This document shows positions 47,750 to 56,737 of a stretch of DNA of 64,000 nucleotides, piece by piece (position 1 is the stretch's first letter; each line of letters begins with the position of its first letter). Under the pieces are notes generated by a model. That model worked only from the letters and a program-made list of their open reading frames with translations. It made no database searches and was not told where the DNA came from. A program made the translations under genes and the position numbers. The stretch is from a virus. The stretch lies in the IMG/VR virus record IMGVR_UViG_3300025168_011805, positions 6,558 to 70,557 of that record. One strand, written 5' to 3'.

Positions 47750-49825
47750 ATGGCAATCAATAAGCTAACTTTTGATACTGATAAAAAAACTATAATTCTT
47801 GGCGGAATCACTCCTGTCTTTAATTCTTTTATTGGTTTTACTGGTGCAAGTATATCTGGAGCACCGTCTGGCAATCCAATACTAGGTTCAAGTTTTGCTA
47901 AATTTTCTCAAGCTGGTTCTATTCTTATGAGTGCATCCGGCGGTACTGGGATTACAGCATTAAATGAAGTCAGATACAATGAGTCCACCAATTCCCTTAT
48001 TTTTGAAGGTTATTCTTTGGAGATAACAGGAGAAGCGGGTGCGAGTGCGTACATCGGTGGGCATACATTTTCTCTCCCGACTAGATATCGCTCAGACAAT
48101 AGCAATGATTATAGTGAAGCAACTAGTCCAGTAAATCCATATGGAAATCATGACTGTGGACAACCCATCCAGTTAAGACCTGGAAAATTTCAGCATCTGA
48201 ATACTTATAGAGGTATTGGATGTCAGACAAGCGCATTTATTTTGCAGAGTGCCATCTCTAGCTTCAGTCCTCTTCCAGATTCTATACCAAGTGGGTTTGG
48301 TAGATGGTGGAATGCTGGATATTTTCCTGGCAAGAGCAGAAGTTTTACACAGACAAATTATCCAACAAGAATCGGACTGAACTACATTTCGGTTTTGAGT
48401 CTTATTTTTCTGCCCAGTGGGGTGCCAACAATTTTCTTTGGGGGAACAGCAGAACTTGCTTTAGGTTGCAACAGTAATATTACTGGAGGATTTTCTCCAG
48501 CCGCACCATTACAAACGCAACGATTTACTATAACAGAACCAATTCAGGGACTGCCGTCCCAGCCCACATCCTTTAACTATTCTGGAACTGGAGAGGGTTC
48601 GTTTGGATTCGCTGCTAGTGGAGGTTCTGGTGGAACCGCAGGCAGAACTGGCGAAGGTTACTCTGGTGGTTCTCTGTTTGCCGGCTTTTCTGGATCTTCG
48701 TTTAATGCAGCACTGCCCATACAATCTAAAACCTCTGTAACCACAAAACCAGGCAAAAGAAATACTTATGGTCCGGGAGATTATAAAGATTCGTTGATGA
48801 TGCAAGGTATGGAATCATCTCCGTTTGATGATGATCATCTTGGTGATCAACAGTACCTTGTATCTGATGCTTGGACAGATCACCAACCTTACGAAACTGG
48901 TTTTAGTGTGTATGGGTTTCATTCTACTACGGGTGGTGTTGGGTTCACTGGTCCATCAACTGGACCTGGTGGTTTAATTCCATCAGGAGTCAGTGGTACA
49001 TCAGCAGATGGATTCCTAGTGGGACAAAATTATACCGGACTGATGCAGGGGACTTTAAGAAGTTCTATCGGACATGGGTCTATACCAAAAGATTTTGATT
49101 TTAATGATATTAATGGAATGGCATTCGGAGGTGAATCTCTCGGAATATCAGGTTCTAATGATTTCCAATCTAGTATTAATAATATTCTGCCCACTGTAGC
49201 TAGTATGTTTACAAACAGAGATGTTAAAAATTACTGCAAAAATGGTGGTTATTTGTGGACCTGGTTTGATTTTCAATCACACGCTTACTTTGTTGATGTG
49301 GATGGTCAAAAATGTCCTGCATTCTCTATGCTTTATTTACCGGCTCATTCCTTTACGAATACCGATGAGCTTCTTTTTGGTGGAGTTGCAGATAAAAGAG
49401 CTTTCTCAGGAAGTCAAAATAAACTTTTTGGTAACACACGGTTTGTTGTTACCACTTTTCCCGGAGTTATGGCATCATTCAATAACGAAAATGCCCCCAC
49501 CATGTATTCATGGCACTATGAAATGACTAAAATGGTTGACTATAGTAAAGGTTATACCGCTGACTTAGACACAGAGAAAAGATATAGAGATGGAACTCTT
49601 CTAGCAGAAGGATTGGGCGGCGAGGGATTGACAGCCATTGGACCTTATGATGTTCTTAGTACACAGCACCATAGAGCTAGTCATGGTGCTCGTTTACCTG
49701 ATCGATCAGGCTATGGAAATTCCTTTAGTAATGGGTTCCCTTGGATTTCTGAGGATCTGGGTGGAGCAATTCAAGAGGCAACTCCAGTATTTCTTGTTCG
49801 ATACGACAATGAGGATGAAACATGA
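47750..49825 (+). CDS. Gly/Ser-rich putative virion structural protein
   Basis: 691-aa ORF in late operon with many GxTG/GxSG motifs. Confidence 0.6.
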   Translation: MAINKLTFDTDKKTIILGGITPVFNSFIGFTGASISGAPSGNPILGSSFAKFSQAGSILMSASGGTGITALNEVRYNESTNSLIFEGYSLEITGEAGASAYIGGHTFSLPTRYRSDNSNDYSEATSPVNPYGNHDCGQPIQLRPGKFQHLNTYRGIGCQTSAFILQSAISSFSPLPDSIPSGFGRWWNAGYFPGKSRSFTQTNYPTRIGLNYISVLSLIFLPSGVPTIFFGGTAELALGCNSNITGGFSPAAPLQTQRFTITEPIQGLPSQPTSFNYSGTGEGSFGFAASGGSGGTAGRTGEGYSGGSLFAGFSGSSFNAALPIQSKTSVTTKPGKRNTYGPGDYKDSLMMQGMESSPFDDDHLGDQQYLVSDAWTDHQPYETGFSVYGFHSTTGGVGFTGPSTGPGGLIPSGVSGTSADGFLVGQNYTGLMQGTLRSSIGHGSIPKDFDFNDINGMAFGGESLGISGSNDFQSSINNILPTVASMFTNRDVKNYCKNGGYLWTWFDFQSHAYFVDVDGQKCPAFSMLYLPAHSFTNTDELLFGGVADKRAFSGSQNKLFGNTRFVVTTFPGVMASFNNENAPTMYSWHYEMTKMVDYSKGYTADLDTEKRYRDGTLLAEGLGGEGLTAIGPYDVLSTQHHRASHGARLPDRSGYGNSFSNGFPWISEDLGGAIQEATPVFLVRYDNEDET

Positions 49826-51954
49826 TTAGGAAAAATGTAAATAAAACTGTAACTGTTTTCCCGAATACCGAAGTCTTCAAAAAAGAGTTCACACAAAGCA
49901 TAACGATTACTGGTGGAACTGGCGGAGAAGTTTTTCGTGGAGAATCAGTAAATAATATTTTATATAAATCTGATTTATACGGTAATGAAGTATCTGGTTT
50001 GAGTGTTGGAACAGTAGGAGAACTTAGTCTTGATACACCAATAGAAGTTGAAAGTATCAATATTCAGGGAGTCTCCTTTACACACAGACCAAAAGAAATG
50101 ATGGCAGGTAAAGACTCGGGTGGCCGCAGCGGGGCTTTTCCTATAGGACCCGGACATTATTTGGGTGGTATGGATGACAGTGTTGGTTTGTATTTTTGGC
50201 TTAAGATGACGACAAGTCCATCATCTTATCAACCATATTTTTCAGAGAATCCTGAGATAGGTCTTACTTTTTGTGGAGTGGATCCCACGGTCCATACCAA
50301 TTTTAGGATAAATGGTAGCAATGCAAGTCCGTGGGCCTGTAATGGTCAGAACGGGAACACAAACGAAGTGTGGAAGAGTTTTTATGAGGTATTATATCAT
50401 CCTCCATACAACAAAATAATTTATGTACCTCTTTTCATAGAACAAAGAACAAGAATATCTGATCTGGTATTTAATTACCCACAAGGTCTAATACACCTTG
50501 GGTGGCAATTTAGATATCCGGGTATCTATGTTGCTGGCGCTAGTGGAAATGTGGTTCTTTCCACATCCGCACTCGAAAGATGTAATGAGGTACTTGCAGG
50601 AACCAGACATCCGGGACCAACTAGCGGGTGTCCGTGGTGTATTTGCACAAGAGAATCTTGGGCTTCTGTAGACGCCACTGGGGGATATGTAAGAGCCGAT
50701 CATCCAGCTTTTGTTAACGAGCCACCATACAGTAAGACTAAAGAACTTAGATTTAGCTCTGCTATCTACAATATGGATTATGAAAATGTCAGACCCACTA
50801 CAAAAATTTCAGATCTTTGTGCAACTGACACTTTGTATCCAGTCAAGCATGGATTAGAGGCACCAGAGGCAGAGTTTTTATGGCTTCAAGGTTTGACTGG
50901 AGAAAAAACTAGAATCTTGAACCTACTCGGCTCCTCATATTCAACTTATCGACAAGCACAGAGAATACCGCATCCCACTCAGGGTAGATTAAACCATAGA
51001 GTTTCTTGGCCAACACCAGAAATAGATTTGGATAGAGGATGGTATTGGGTAGCTTTCCTCCATGGAGCAACTGGCGGACCCACTTATGGTGACCCCCTCA
51101 CTGCTGCAACCGCATCCTTCGGTGTACACAAGGGTGTATTTGGTGATCAATTCGATCCACAAGGTTGGGGTGGATATTATAATAACTCCTCAACTGATCC
51201 CAACATACTCGGTATGGATTACAAAGCTTTCACACAAAAGAGAAGGTTTGATCTAAATAAAGACAATTTCTCTTTTGGTAAAAACGCTGGTTATACTAAT
51301 GATTATGAATTTTTCTATGGTGTTTCAGTTTTAGCTCTGGGTGCTACTTATGAGTTTAGCGAAACACTACCAGATAACGCCGGTGTGTCTTTCTCTAACG
51401 AGTACAGATACCCTGAATTTGAGCTTCATGCTTCTCAAGGAACTGATGGAACTAAACGGATATCAAATACTGAAAAAACTGAAAATTACTTATCTAATAT
51501 TAACAGACAGAGCACCTTGGCTTTTGACGTTGCAAATGCAGGATTGACACAGTTTGGACATTTCCCACAAAACCTAACAGAGAGTGTATATGGGTTTGCT
51601 TCGGATCTCTTCTCTCCTAGCTCTTCTTTGCTCCGTGATGTTCCTTTGTTGCCATCACAGAGAGCAGAACTTGAGAAACACATCGGATCTGAATTTTCTC
51701 ATCCACTTGGTGTAACAAACATGATTGCATCCACTGTCGCACACAAAGCAATATACAGAGGCCTTACATTCGAATCAGGTTTGGCTGGAACCCCGCCCGG
51801 TGGGGATATTCTTGGCAGAAATTTGAACGACATGCGAAGGGGACACTCAGCCGAAACTTGGCCTTTCTATCTACCGAATTACTATGATGGAACTGCATCT
51901 AATTACTTGTTCAAGCGTGATCTTGAGGCGCAAGGACTAACTCTTTCTGGTTGA
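49822..51954 (+). CDS. Putative virion structural protein
   Basis: 710-aa ORF; YVPL...AIY...GWYWVAF module as in 46772 ORF. Confidence 0.6.
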   Translation: MIRKNVNKTVTVFPNTEVFKKEFTQSITITGGTGGEVFRGESVNNILYKSDLYGNEVSGLSVGTVGELSLDTPIEVESINIQGVSFTHRPKEMMAGKDSGGRSGAFPIGPGHYLGGMDDSVGLYFWLKMTTSPSSYQPYFSENPEIGLTFCGVDPTVHTNFRINGSNASPWACNGQNGNTNEVWKSFYEVLYHPPYNKIIYVPLFIEQRTRISDLVFNYPQGLIHLGWQFRYPGIYVAGASGNVVLSTSALERCNEVLAGTRHPGPTSGCPWCICTRESWASVDATGGYVRADHPAFVNEPPYSKTKELRFSSAIYNMDYENVRPTTKISDLCATDTLYPVKHGLEAPEAEFLWLQGLTGEKTRILNLLGSSYSTYRQAQRIPHPTQGRLNHRVSWPTPEIDLDRGWYWVAFLHGATGGPTYGDPLTAATASFGVHKGVFGDQFDPQGWGGYYNNSSTDPNILGMDYKAFTQKRRFDLNKDNFSFGKNAGYTNDYEFFYGVSVLALGATYEFSETLPDNAGVSFSNEYRYPEFELHASQGTDGTKRISNTEKTENYLSNINRQSTLAFDVANAGLTQFGHFPQNLTESVYGFASDLFSPSSSLLRDVPLLPSQRAELEKHIGSEFSHPLGVTNMIASTVAHKAIYRGLTFESGLAGTPPGGDILGRNLNDMRRGHSAETWPFYLPNYYDGTASNYLFKRDLEAQGLTLSG

Positions 51955-51960
51955 TTTTAC

Positions 51961-51988
51961 TTGACTTACCTAATCGATGCTATATAAT
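51961..51988 (+). promoter_or_regulatory. Sigma70 promoter TTGACT-16-TATAAT for nrdJ
   Basis: Hexamers read from sequence. Confidence 0.75.
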
Positions 51989-52017
51989 ACTACAATAAAT
52001 GTGCTTTGGAGTTATGA

Positions 52018-53976
52018 ATGTTTGAATTACCGTCTTTATATCAATCTTTTATTCACCTTTCCCGATACTCTCGTTGGCTTCCAGAAGAAGGAAGACGAGA
52101 AACTTGGGAAGAGACAGTAAAAAGATACTTTGATTTTTTTGAAAGTCACCTCAAGGAAAATAATAATTACAAAGTTTCTTCTAAGGAAAGAAAAGAATTA
52201 GAAGAAGCTGTTTTGAATTTGGAAATTATGCCTTCAATGCGAGCATTGATGACGGCAGGCGAAGCATTGAAGCGTGACAATGTAGCTGGATACAATTGTG
52301 CTTATGTTAGTTCAGGTAGAGTTCGATCCTTTGATGAAATTTTATATGTGCTCATGTGTGGCACAGGGGTTGGGTTTAGTGTTGAACGTGATTTCCTAAA
52401 GAAGCTACCAACAATTGCAGAGGAGTTTGAGGACAGTGACACGACCATTGTTGTTCAAGATAGTAAGATGGGTTGGGCGAAAGCATACAAAGAACTCACC
52501 TCGCTTCTTATTGGAGGTCAGGTTCCGAAATGGGACGTATCAAAGGTTCGACCTGCCGGAGAAAGACTCAAGACTTTCGGTGGTAGAGCTTCGGGTCCGC
52601 AACCACTGGACGATTTATTCAAATTCACAGTGGAAACCTATAAGAGAGCTTCTGGAAGAAAACTCACATCCATCGAATGTCACGATATCATCTGCAAGAT
52701 TGCTGAAATTGTCGTGGTGGGGGGAGTACGAAGAAGTGCGCTTATCTCATTGTCTTCACTTACCGATGAGCGGATGCGTGATGCGAAGCACGGACAGTGG
52801 TGGATTTCCGACTCGCAAAGAGCATTATCGAATAACTCGGTAGCATACAAAGAGAAACCAGAAATTGGTACATTCATGGAAGAGTGGGTTTCACTATACA
52901 AGAGTAAGTCTGGTGAGCGTGGTATCTTCAACCGAGACGCTGCAAAGAAACAGACTGATAAATCAAACGAATTCAGAAGTTCATTGGGTGATTCATATAG
53001 ACATAGAGATCTCAATTACGATTTTGGTACAAATCCTTGTAGTGAAATTATTCTTCGTGATAAGCAGTTTTGTAATCTTACGGAAATCGTTGTCAGAGGA
53101 AATGATACGAAGGAATCTCTTGAGAGAAAAGTTAAACTTGCAACTATTCTCGGGACATGGCAGTCCACTCTCACAAACTTCAAATACCTTTCGAGTGACT
53201 GGGAAAAGAACTGTGAAGATGAACGTCTTCTTGGTGTGTCTATGACTGGTATCATGGACTGTAAGCTAACAAATGGAAAGACAAAGGGACTAGATGATCT
53301 ACTAAAAGATCTTAAGACTTGTGCAATTAAACAGAACAAGTCTAGTGCAAAAAGCATTGGTATTAATGAATCAGTTGCAATTACCTGTGTCAAACCATCT
53401 GGAACTGTCTCGCAGCTTGTAGACGCTGCGTCAGGGATCCACGCAAGACACAGTGAGCACTACATCAGAACTGTCAGAGCTGATACCAAAGATTCTCTTT
53501 GTGTCTTTATGCAGAAGGAAGGATTCCCCTGTGAACCTGATGTAATGAAGCCAGATCACACCATGGTGTTTTCTTTCCCAATAAAAACACCAAAGAATGC
53601 AGTTTTTAGAACTGATATGACTGCTATTGAACAACTAGAATTGTGGTTAGAATATCAAAGGAATTGGTGTGAGCATAAGCCTTCCGTTACTGTTTCAGTG
53701 AAAGAAGATGAGTGGTTACAGGTAGGATCTTGGGTATATGACCACTTTGATGAAGTATCTGGGGTGTCTTTCTTACCTTTCTCGGATCATACATATAAGC
53801 AAGCTCCATATCAGGAGTGTTCCGAAGAAGAATATAAGATGCTTTTGAAAAAGATGCCAAATAATGTTGACTGGAGTGAATTGGGAAAATATGAAGAAGA
53901 AGATAATACAGCAGGGAGTCAGTCTTTTGCCTGTTCAGGCAATTCCTGTGAATTAGTAGACTTGACAAACAACTAA
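52018..53976 (+). CDS. nrdJ: Class II (adenosylcobalamin-dependent) ribonucleotide reductase
   Basis: PSMRAL, YNC, GVGF, RRSA, TNPCSEI, VKPSGTVS, C-terminal CSGNSC; no beta subunit adjacent. Confidence 0.92.
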   Translation: MFELPSLYQSFIHLSRYSRWLPEEGRRETWEETVKRYFDFFESHLKENNNYKVSSKERKELEEAVLNLEIMPSMRALMTAGEALKRDNVAGYNCAYVSSGRVRSFDEILYVLMCGTGVGFSVERDFLKKLPTIAEEFEDSDTTIVVQDSKMGWAKAYKELTSLLIGGQVPKWDVSKVRPAGERLKTFGGRASGPQPLDDLFKFTVETYKRASGRKLTSIECHDIICKIAEIVVVGGVRRSALISLSSLTDERMRDAKHGQWWISDSQRALSNNSVAYKEKPEIGTFMEEWVSLYKSKSGERGIFNRDAAKKQTDKSNEFRSSLGDSYRHRDLNYDFGTNPCSEIILRDKQFCNLTEIVVRGNDTKESLERKVKLATILGTWQSTLTNFKYLSSDWEKNCEDERLLGVSMTGIMDCKLTNGKTKGLDDLLKDLKTCAIKQNKSSAKSIGINESVAITCVKPSGTVSQLVDAASGIHARHSEHYIRTVRADTKDSLCVFMQKEGFPCEPDVMKPDHTMVFSFPIKTPKNAVFRTDMTAIEQLELWLEYQRNWCEHKPSVTVSVKEDEWLQVGSWVYDHFDEVSGVSFLPFSDHTYKQAPYQECSEEEYKMLLKKMPNNVDWSELGKYEEEDNTAGSQSFACSGNSCELVDLTNN

Positions 53977-53990
53977 ATTTAAAGTATAAT
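53962..53990 (+). promoter_or_regulatory. Consensus sigma70 promoter TTGACA-17-TATAAT for the small membrane protein and porin
   Basis: Perfect consensus; inverted repeat atccaca-tt-tgtggat just downstream. Confidence 0.9.
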
Positions 53991-54050
53991 AGAACTAATT
54001 AGTGAATCCACATTTGTGGATCATGTACCTCTAACAAAAGGAGAAATGCT

Positions 54051-54251
54051 ATGAGTGCAAACACTAAAGATTGCCCGGTTTCGGGTTGTGGTAATGATGT
54101 AGTAGGTAAGTTTTTTGGAAAATTTGGAGTAACCCGATCAACTCTGGTTAGTCTTGCTCTTGTTCCCTTCGCGTGGGACGGAGTTCTTTGGTTCCGAGAT
54201 GCCATTTCGGCTGTCTGGACCGCAGTCACTGCTTGGAACATTGGCGGTTGA
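54051..54251 (+). CDS. Small membrane protein with CPxxxC
   Basis: AAGGAG RBS; hydrophobic/aromatic C-terminal half. Confidence 0.7.
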   Translation: MSANTKDCPVSGCGNDVVGKFFGKFGVTRSTLVSLALVPFAWDGVLWFRDAISAVWTAVTAWNIGG

Positions 54252-54274
54252 TAAACCATAACAGGAGAATACTT

Positions 54275-55432
54275 ATGAGTATTATTAAAATTGGCGCGAC
54301 ATGTCTCGCCCTATGCACTTGCGGAGTTGCAAGTGCAGATGATTCAGACATGATGGGTGACAACAATGTCACCCCCGAGATGATGCAGCAGCGAATGAAT
54401 CGTATGGTTGATCAAGGTATGATCACACCCGATATGATGCAGCAGCGAATGGATCGTATGGAGATGGGTGAAGCAGTTCGTTCGGATGCTTCCACTCGAA
54501 TTAGTCTTAGTCCTTCGACTGAAGGCTTTTCGTTGGATCTGGGTGGATTTATCCAGACAGGATACAGCTACAATGGCGGTGCAGATCTCGATGCTGAGTA
54601 TGGATTCTCAGTTGATCGTGCTCGTCTAATTCTATCTGGTGACTTTGGTAAGGATGCAAGTTACCTCCTGAGTGGACAGTGGAGTGATGTAACTTCCACG
54701 TTTGATCTTCTCGACGCTCGTGTTGATTTTAGAGCGTTTGGTGTTACCAATGTTCGAGTTGGTCAGTTCGTTCCTGCTTTCTATAGTGGTTTCGTCACTG
54801 ATCCTCGTTCTCTTATCACCAACAACTATAGCGTTTCTGCCCTTACATACGGACAGGGACGAGGTCAGGGTGTAGAACTTTCGGACTTCATTGTATCTGA
54901 TGTTGTTGAACTTTCTGCATTTTACACCAATGGTTTTGGTGACACTAATGGTGTTGACGCAGATAATGATTATGCAGTTGGTGCTCGCGCATCTGTCGGA
55001 CTCGGTGGTGGATTTTCCATCGGTGCTGGTTATGCATACAACAATAATAATGTAACGGATTACAGCAGTTATACTGTTGATCTCGAATACACTAGTGGTA
55101 AGCTCGATTTCAACGCTGCATGGATTGCAAACAACGAAACTGAGGATTGGGATAATTATTCCATCGTTGGTACTCTTGCATATCAGTGTCTGGACAACCT
55201 TCAGGGTTTTGTTCAGTATGAGTATGGTGCTCTTGGTGGTGTCAGCGACAAGCTGAATATTGCAACTATTGGTTGTAACTACACCATCCACGAGAATATC
55301 GTATGGACCAACACTGTTGGATATGCTTTCGAAGGTATTGACTCTGGTTTCAACACAGATAACACAGGTTGGCGTTCCAGTGCCGACGACGGACAGTATG
55401 TCGTTCGTAGTGTTATTCAGGTCAGTTTCTGA
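54275..55432 (+). CDS. Outer-membrane porin (phosphate-porin O/P-like beta-barrel)
   Basis: Signal peptide ending ASA, GF.V.RARL..SG, LLDA, RVGQF, amphipathic strands, C-terminal QVSF beta-signal; AGGAG RBS before ATG 54275. Confidence 0.85.
   Translation: MSIIKIGATCLALCTCGVASADDSDMMGDNNVTPEMMQQRMNRMVDQGMITPDMMQQRMDRMEMGEAVRSDASTRISLSPSTEGFSLDLGGFIQTGYSYNGGADLDAEYGFSVDRARLILSGDFGKDASYLLSGQWSDVTSTFDLLDARVDFRAFGVTNVRVGQFVPAFYSGFVTDPRSLITNNYSVSALTYGQGRGQGVELSDFIVSDVVELSAFYTNGFGDTNGVDADNDYAVGARASVGLGGGFSIGAGYAYNNNNVTDYSSYTVDLEYTSGKLDFNAAWIANNETEDWDNYSIVGTLAYQCLDNLQGFVQYEYGALGGVSDKLNIATIGCNYTIHENIVWTNTVGYAFEGIDSGFNTDNTGWRSSADDGQYVVRSVIQVSF
54369..54461 (+). repeat. Two ~39-nt direct repeats (54-nt period) encoding TP[ED]MMQQRM[ND]RM
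   Basis: tcacccccgagatgatgcagcagcgaatgaatcgtatgg / tcacacccgatatgatgcagcagcgaatggatcgtatgg. Confidence 0.9.
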
Positions 55433-55440
55433 AAAAAAAT

Positions 55441-55458
55441 ATCTTATAAATATAAGAT
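55441..55458 (+). promoter_or_regulatory. Late promoter TATAAATA (55445-55452) inside the palindrome ATCTTATA-AA-TATAAGAT
   Basis: Direct reading. Confidence 0.7.
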
Positions 55459-55459
55459 A

Positions 55460-55545
55460 ACTAAATCGCGGAGTGCAAAAGAGCTGGATCACCCTTTTCC
55501 CGCGAATAAGAGAACCCTTTACCTTTATTGGTGAGGGGTTTTCTC
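55460..55545 (+). ncRNA. Candidate small RNA A: hairpin displaying GCUGGAUCACC in its loop, followed by a second hairpin
   Basis: Stems tcgcgg/ccgcga and aaaag/ctttt; late promoter upstream; no ORF on + strand. Confidence 0.55.
55509..55544 (+). terminator. 15-bp hairpin (putative terminator of RNA A or the porin operon), followed by CATAAATA late promoter
   Basis: agagaaccctttacc-tttatt-ggtgaggggttttct with G-U pairs. Confidence 0.5.
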
Positions 55546-55568
55546 ATAAATAGTACCGGAGACTTATT

Positions 55569-56129
55569 ATGATAATAGCCGGTATTGACTACAGTTTAAA
55601 TGGTCCAGCAATTTGTGTTTTTAATTCAGATGAAGGTTTTACTTTCAATAATTGTTCTTTTTATTATCTGACAGATACAAAGAACCTAGCAAAAACATTT
55701 TTGTCTAGAATTCATGGGAAATTATTTGAGACATACAATCATGATTGTGAAAGGTATGATACCATATCAGAGTGGGCAGTTGAAATGTGTCAGGGGTGTG
55801 AACAAGTTGCTATTGAGGGCTATGCATATGCCGCAAAGGGTAGGGTTTTCAATATAGCAGAGAATACAGGGTTACTTAAGTATAAGTTTTTTCAACAGTC
55901 TGTGCCAATTGATGTGATTGCTCCGTCTGTGGTTAAAAAACTAGCTACCGGAAAGGGAAATGCTGATAAGACAGCGATGCATGACGCTTTTGTCAAGGAA
56001 ACAAAACACAATTTATTCAACCTGATAACTCCAAATAGAAAAGGTATAGGAAACCCTATATCAGACATAGTTGATTCATATTATGTTTGTAAAGGTCTTT
56101 ACTATGACATAATTTCACAGAATTCATAA
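55569..56129 (+). CDS. ruvC: RuvC-like Holliday junction resolvase
   Basis: GIDYS, AIEGY, AENTG, P..VKK.ATGKGNADK, DIVDSY. Confidence 0.88.
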   Translation: MIIAGIDYSLNGPAICVFNSDEGFTFNNCSFYYLTDTKNLAKTFLSRIHGKLFETYNHDCERYDTISEWAVEMCQGCEQVAIEGYAYAAKGRVFNIAENTGLLKYKFFQQSVPIDVIAPSVVKKLATGKGNADKTAMHDAFVKETKHNLFNLITPNRKGIGNPISDIVDSYYVCKGLYYDIISQNS

Positions 56130-56132
56130 ATA
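56125..56132 (+). promoter_or_regulatory. Late promoter variant CATAAATA
   Basis: 7/8 match; upstream of the 56159 ORF. Confidence 0.55.
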
Positions 56133-56158
56133 GTAATGTATCTTTAAGGAGCACAACA

Positions 56159-56509
56159 ATGAGATTAAACGAAGTCAACGATTCAATCACCAGAACTTAT
56201 GCACTTTGCAACGATGAAAAAGTGGGTAAAAAGTACAGAGGTAGATTTGAACGTGAATATGGCGGAACTTTTTTTAATTATAGAGGTAAGTGGATATGGG
56301 ACAAAAGAAGTTTAAACGAAACTGAGCTTTCTTTTATCGAAAAAGAAGGTGATCTGCCACTAATCAATGATTTAGCTAGTTCAGAGAAAACGAAGGAAAA
56401 GCCAGCGAAAAAAAGAAAGAAAAAAAGCACGTTTGGCTTCAAAAAGGACATATATAATAGTGACGTTTCAAAAGCTTTTGAAAATAAAAGCCTAGACGAA
56501 AAGGAGTGA
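56159..56509 (+). CDS. Hypothetical protein
   Basis: AAGGAG RBS; basic patch KKRKKK. Confidence 0.65.
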   Translation: MRLNEVNDSITRTYALCNDEKVGKKYRGRFEREYGGTFFNYRGKWIWDKRSLNETELSFIEKEGDLPLINDLASSEKTKEKPAKKRKKKSTFGFKKDIYNSDVSKAFENKSLDEKE

Positions 56510-56512
56510 ATT

Positions 56513-56644
56513 ATGTCACCAGAGCCATTTAGCGGAATTTTAGGAACTGTGTTTTATAGCGTATTATTATTCGCCGCCGGAGCTTGGATAGGACCTTCTT
56601 TTTGGACATGGGTGAAGGGTTACCTTCCTTGGACTAAACCGTAA
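56513..56644 (+). CDS. 43-aa single-pass membrane peptide (not in the ORF track)
   Basis: AAGGAG RBS; MSPEPFSGILGTVFYSVLLFAAGAWIGPSFWTWVKGYLPWTKP. Confidence 0.75.
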   Translation: MSPEPFSGILGTVFYSVLLFAAGAWIGPSFWTWVKGYLPWTKP

Positions 56645-56653
56645 ACGATAAAT

Positions 56654-56733
56654 CTGGCTTTACTGCCAAGTATCTTTTGCACACAGTCAGGAGGTGATCC
56701 AGCACTTTCCCCTATTTACTCGCATAAAGCCAG
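56654..56733 (+). ncRNA. Candidate structured RNA B with orphan 15-nt 16S-complementary sequence AGGAGGTGATCCAGC
   Basis: Outer stem ctggcttta/taaagccag plus tgc/gca and agta/tact; loop holds the extended SD with no start codon at RBS spacing. Confidence 0.6.
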
Positions 56734-56737
56734 TGTT

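Noticed and set aside
38589-53976. Inteins or group I introns in gp43, uvsX, gp41, thyX or nrdJ
   Set aside because: All ORFs are continuous and of normal length, with no intein termini.
54632-55492. 286-aa minus-strand ORF
   Set aside because: Antisense shadow of the porin caused by codon bias; no recognisable motifs or RBS.
56689-56703. Fragment of a 16S rRNA gene or assembly chimera
   Set aside because: The match is only 15 nt, the flanks do not continue as rRNA, and it is embedded in a self-contained stem-loop.
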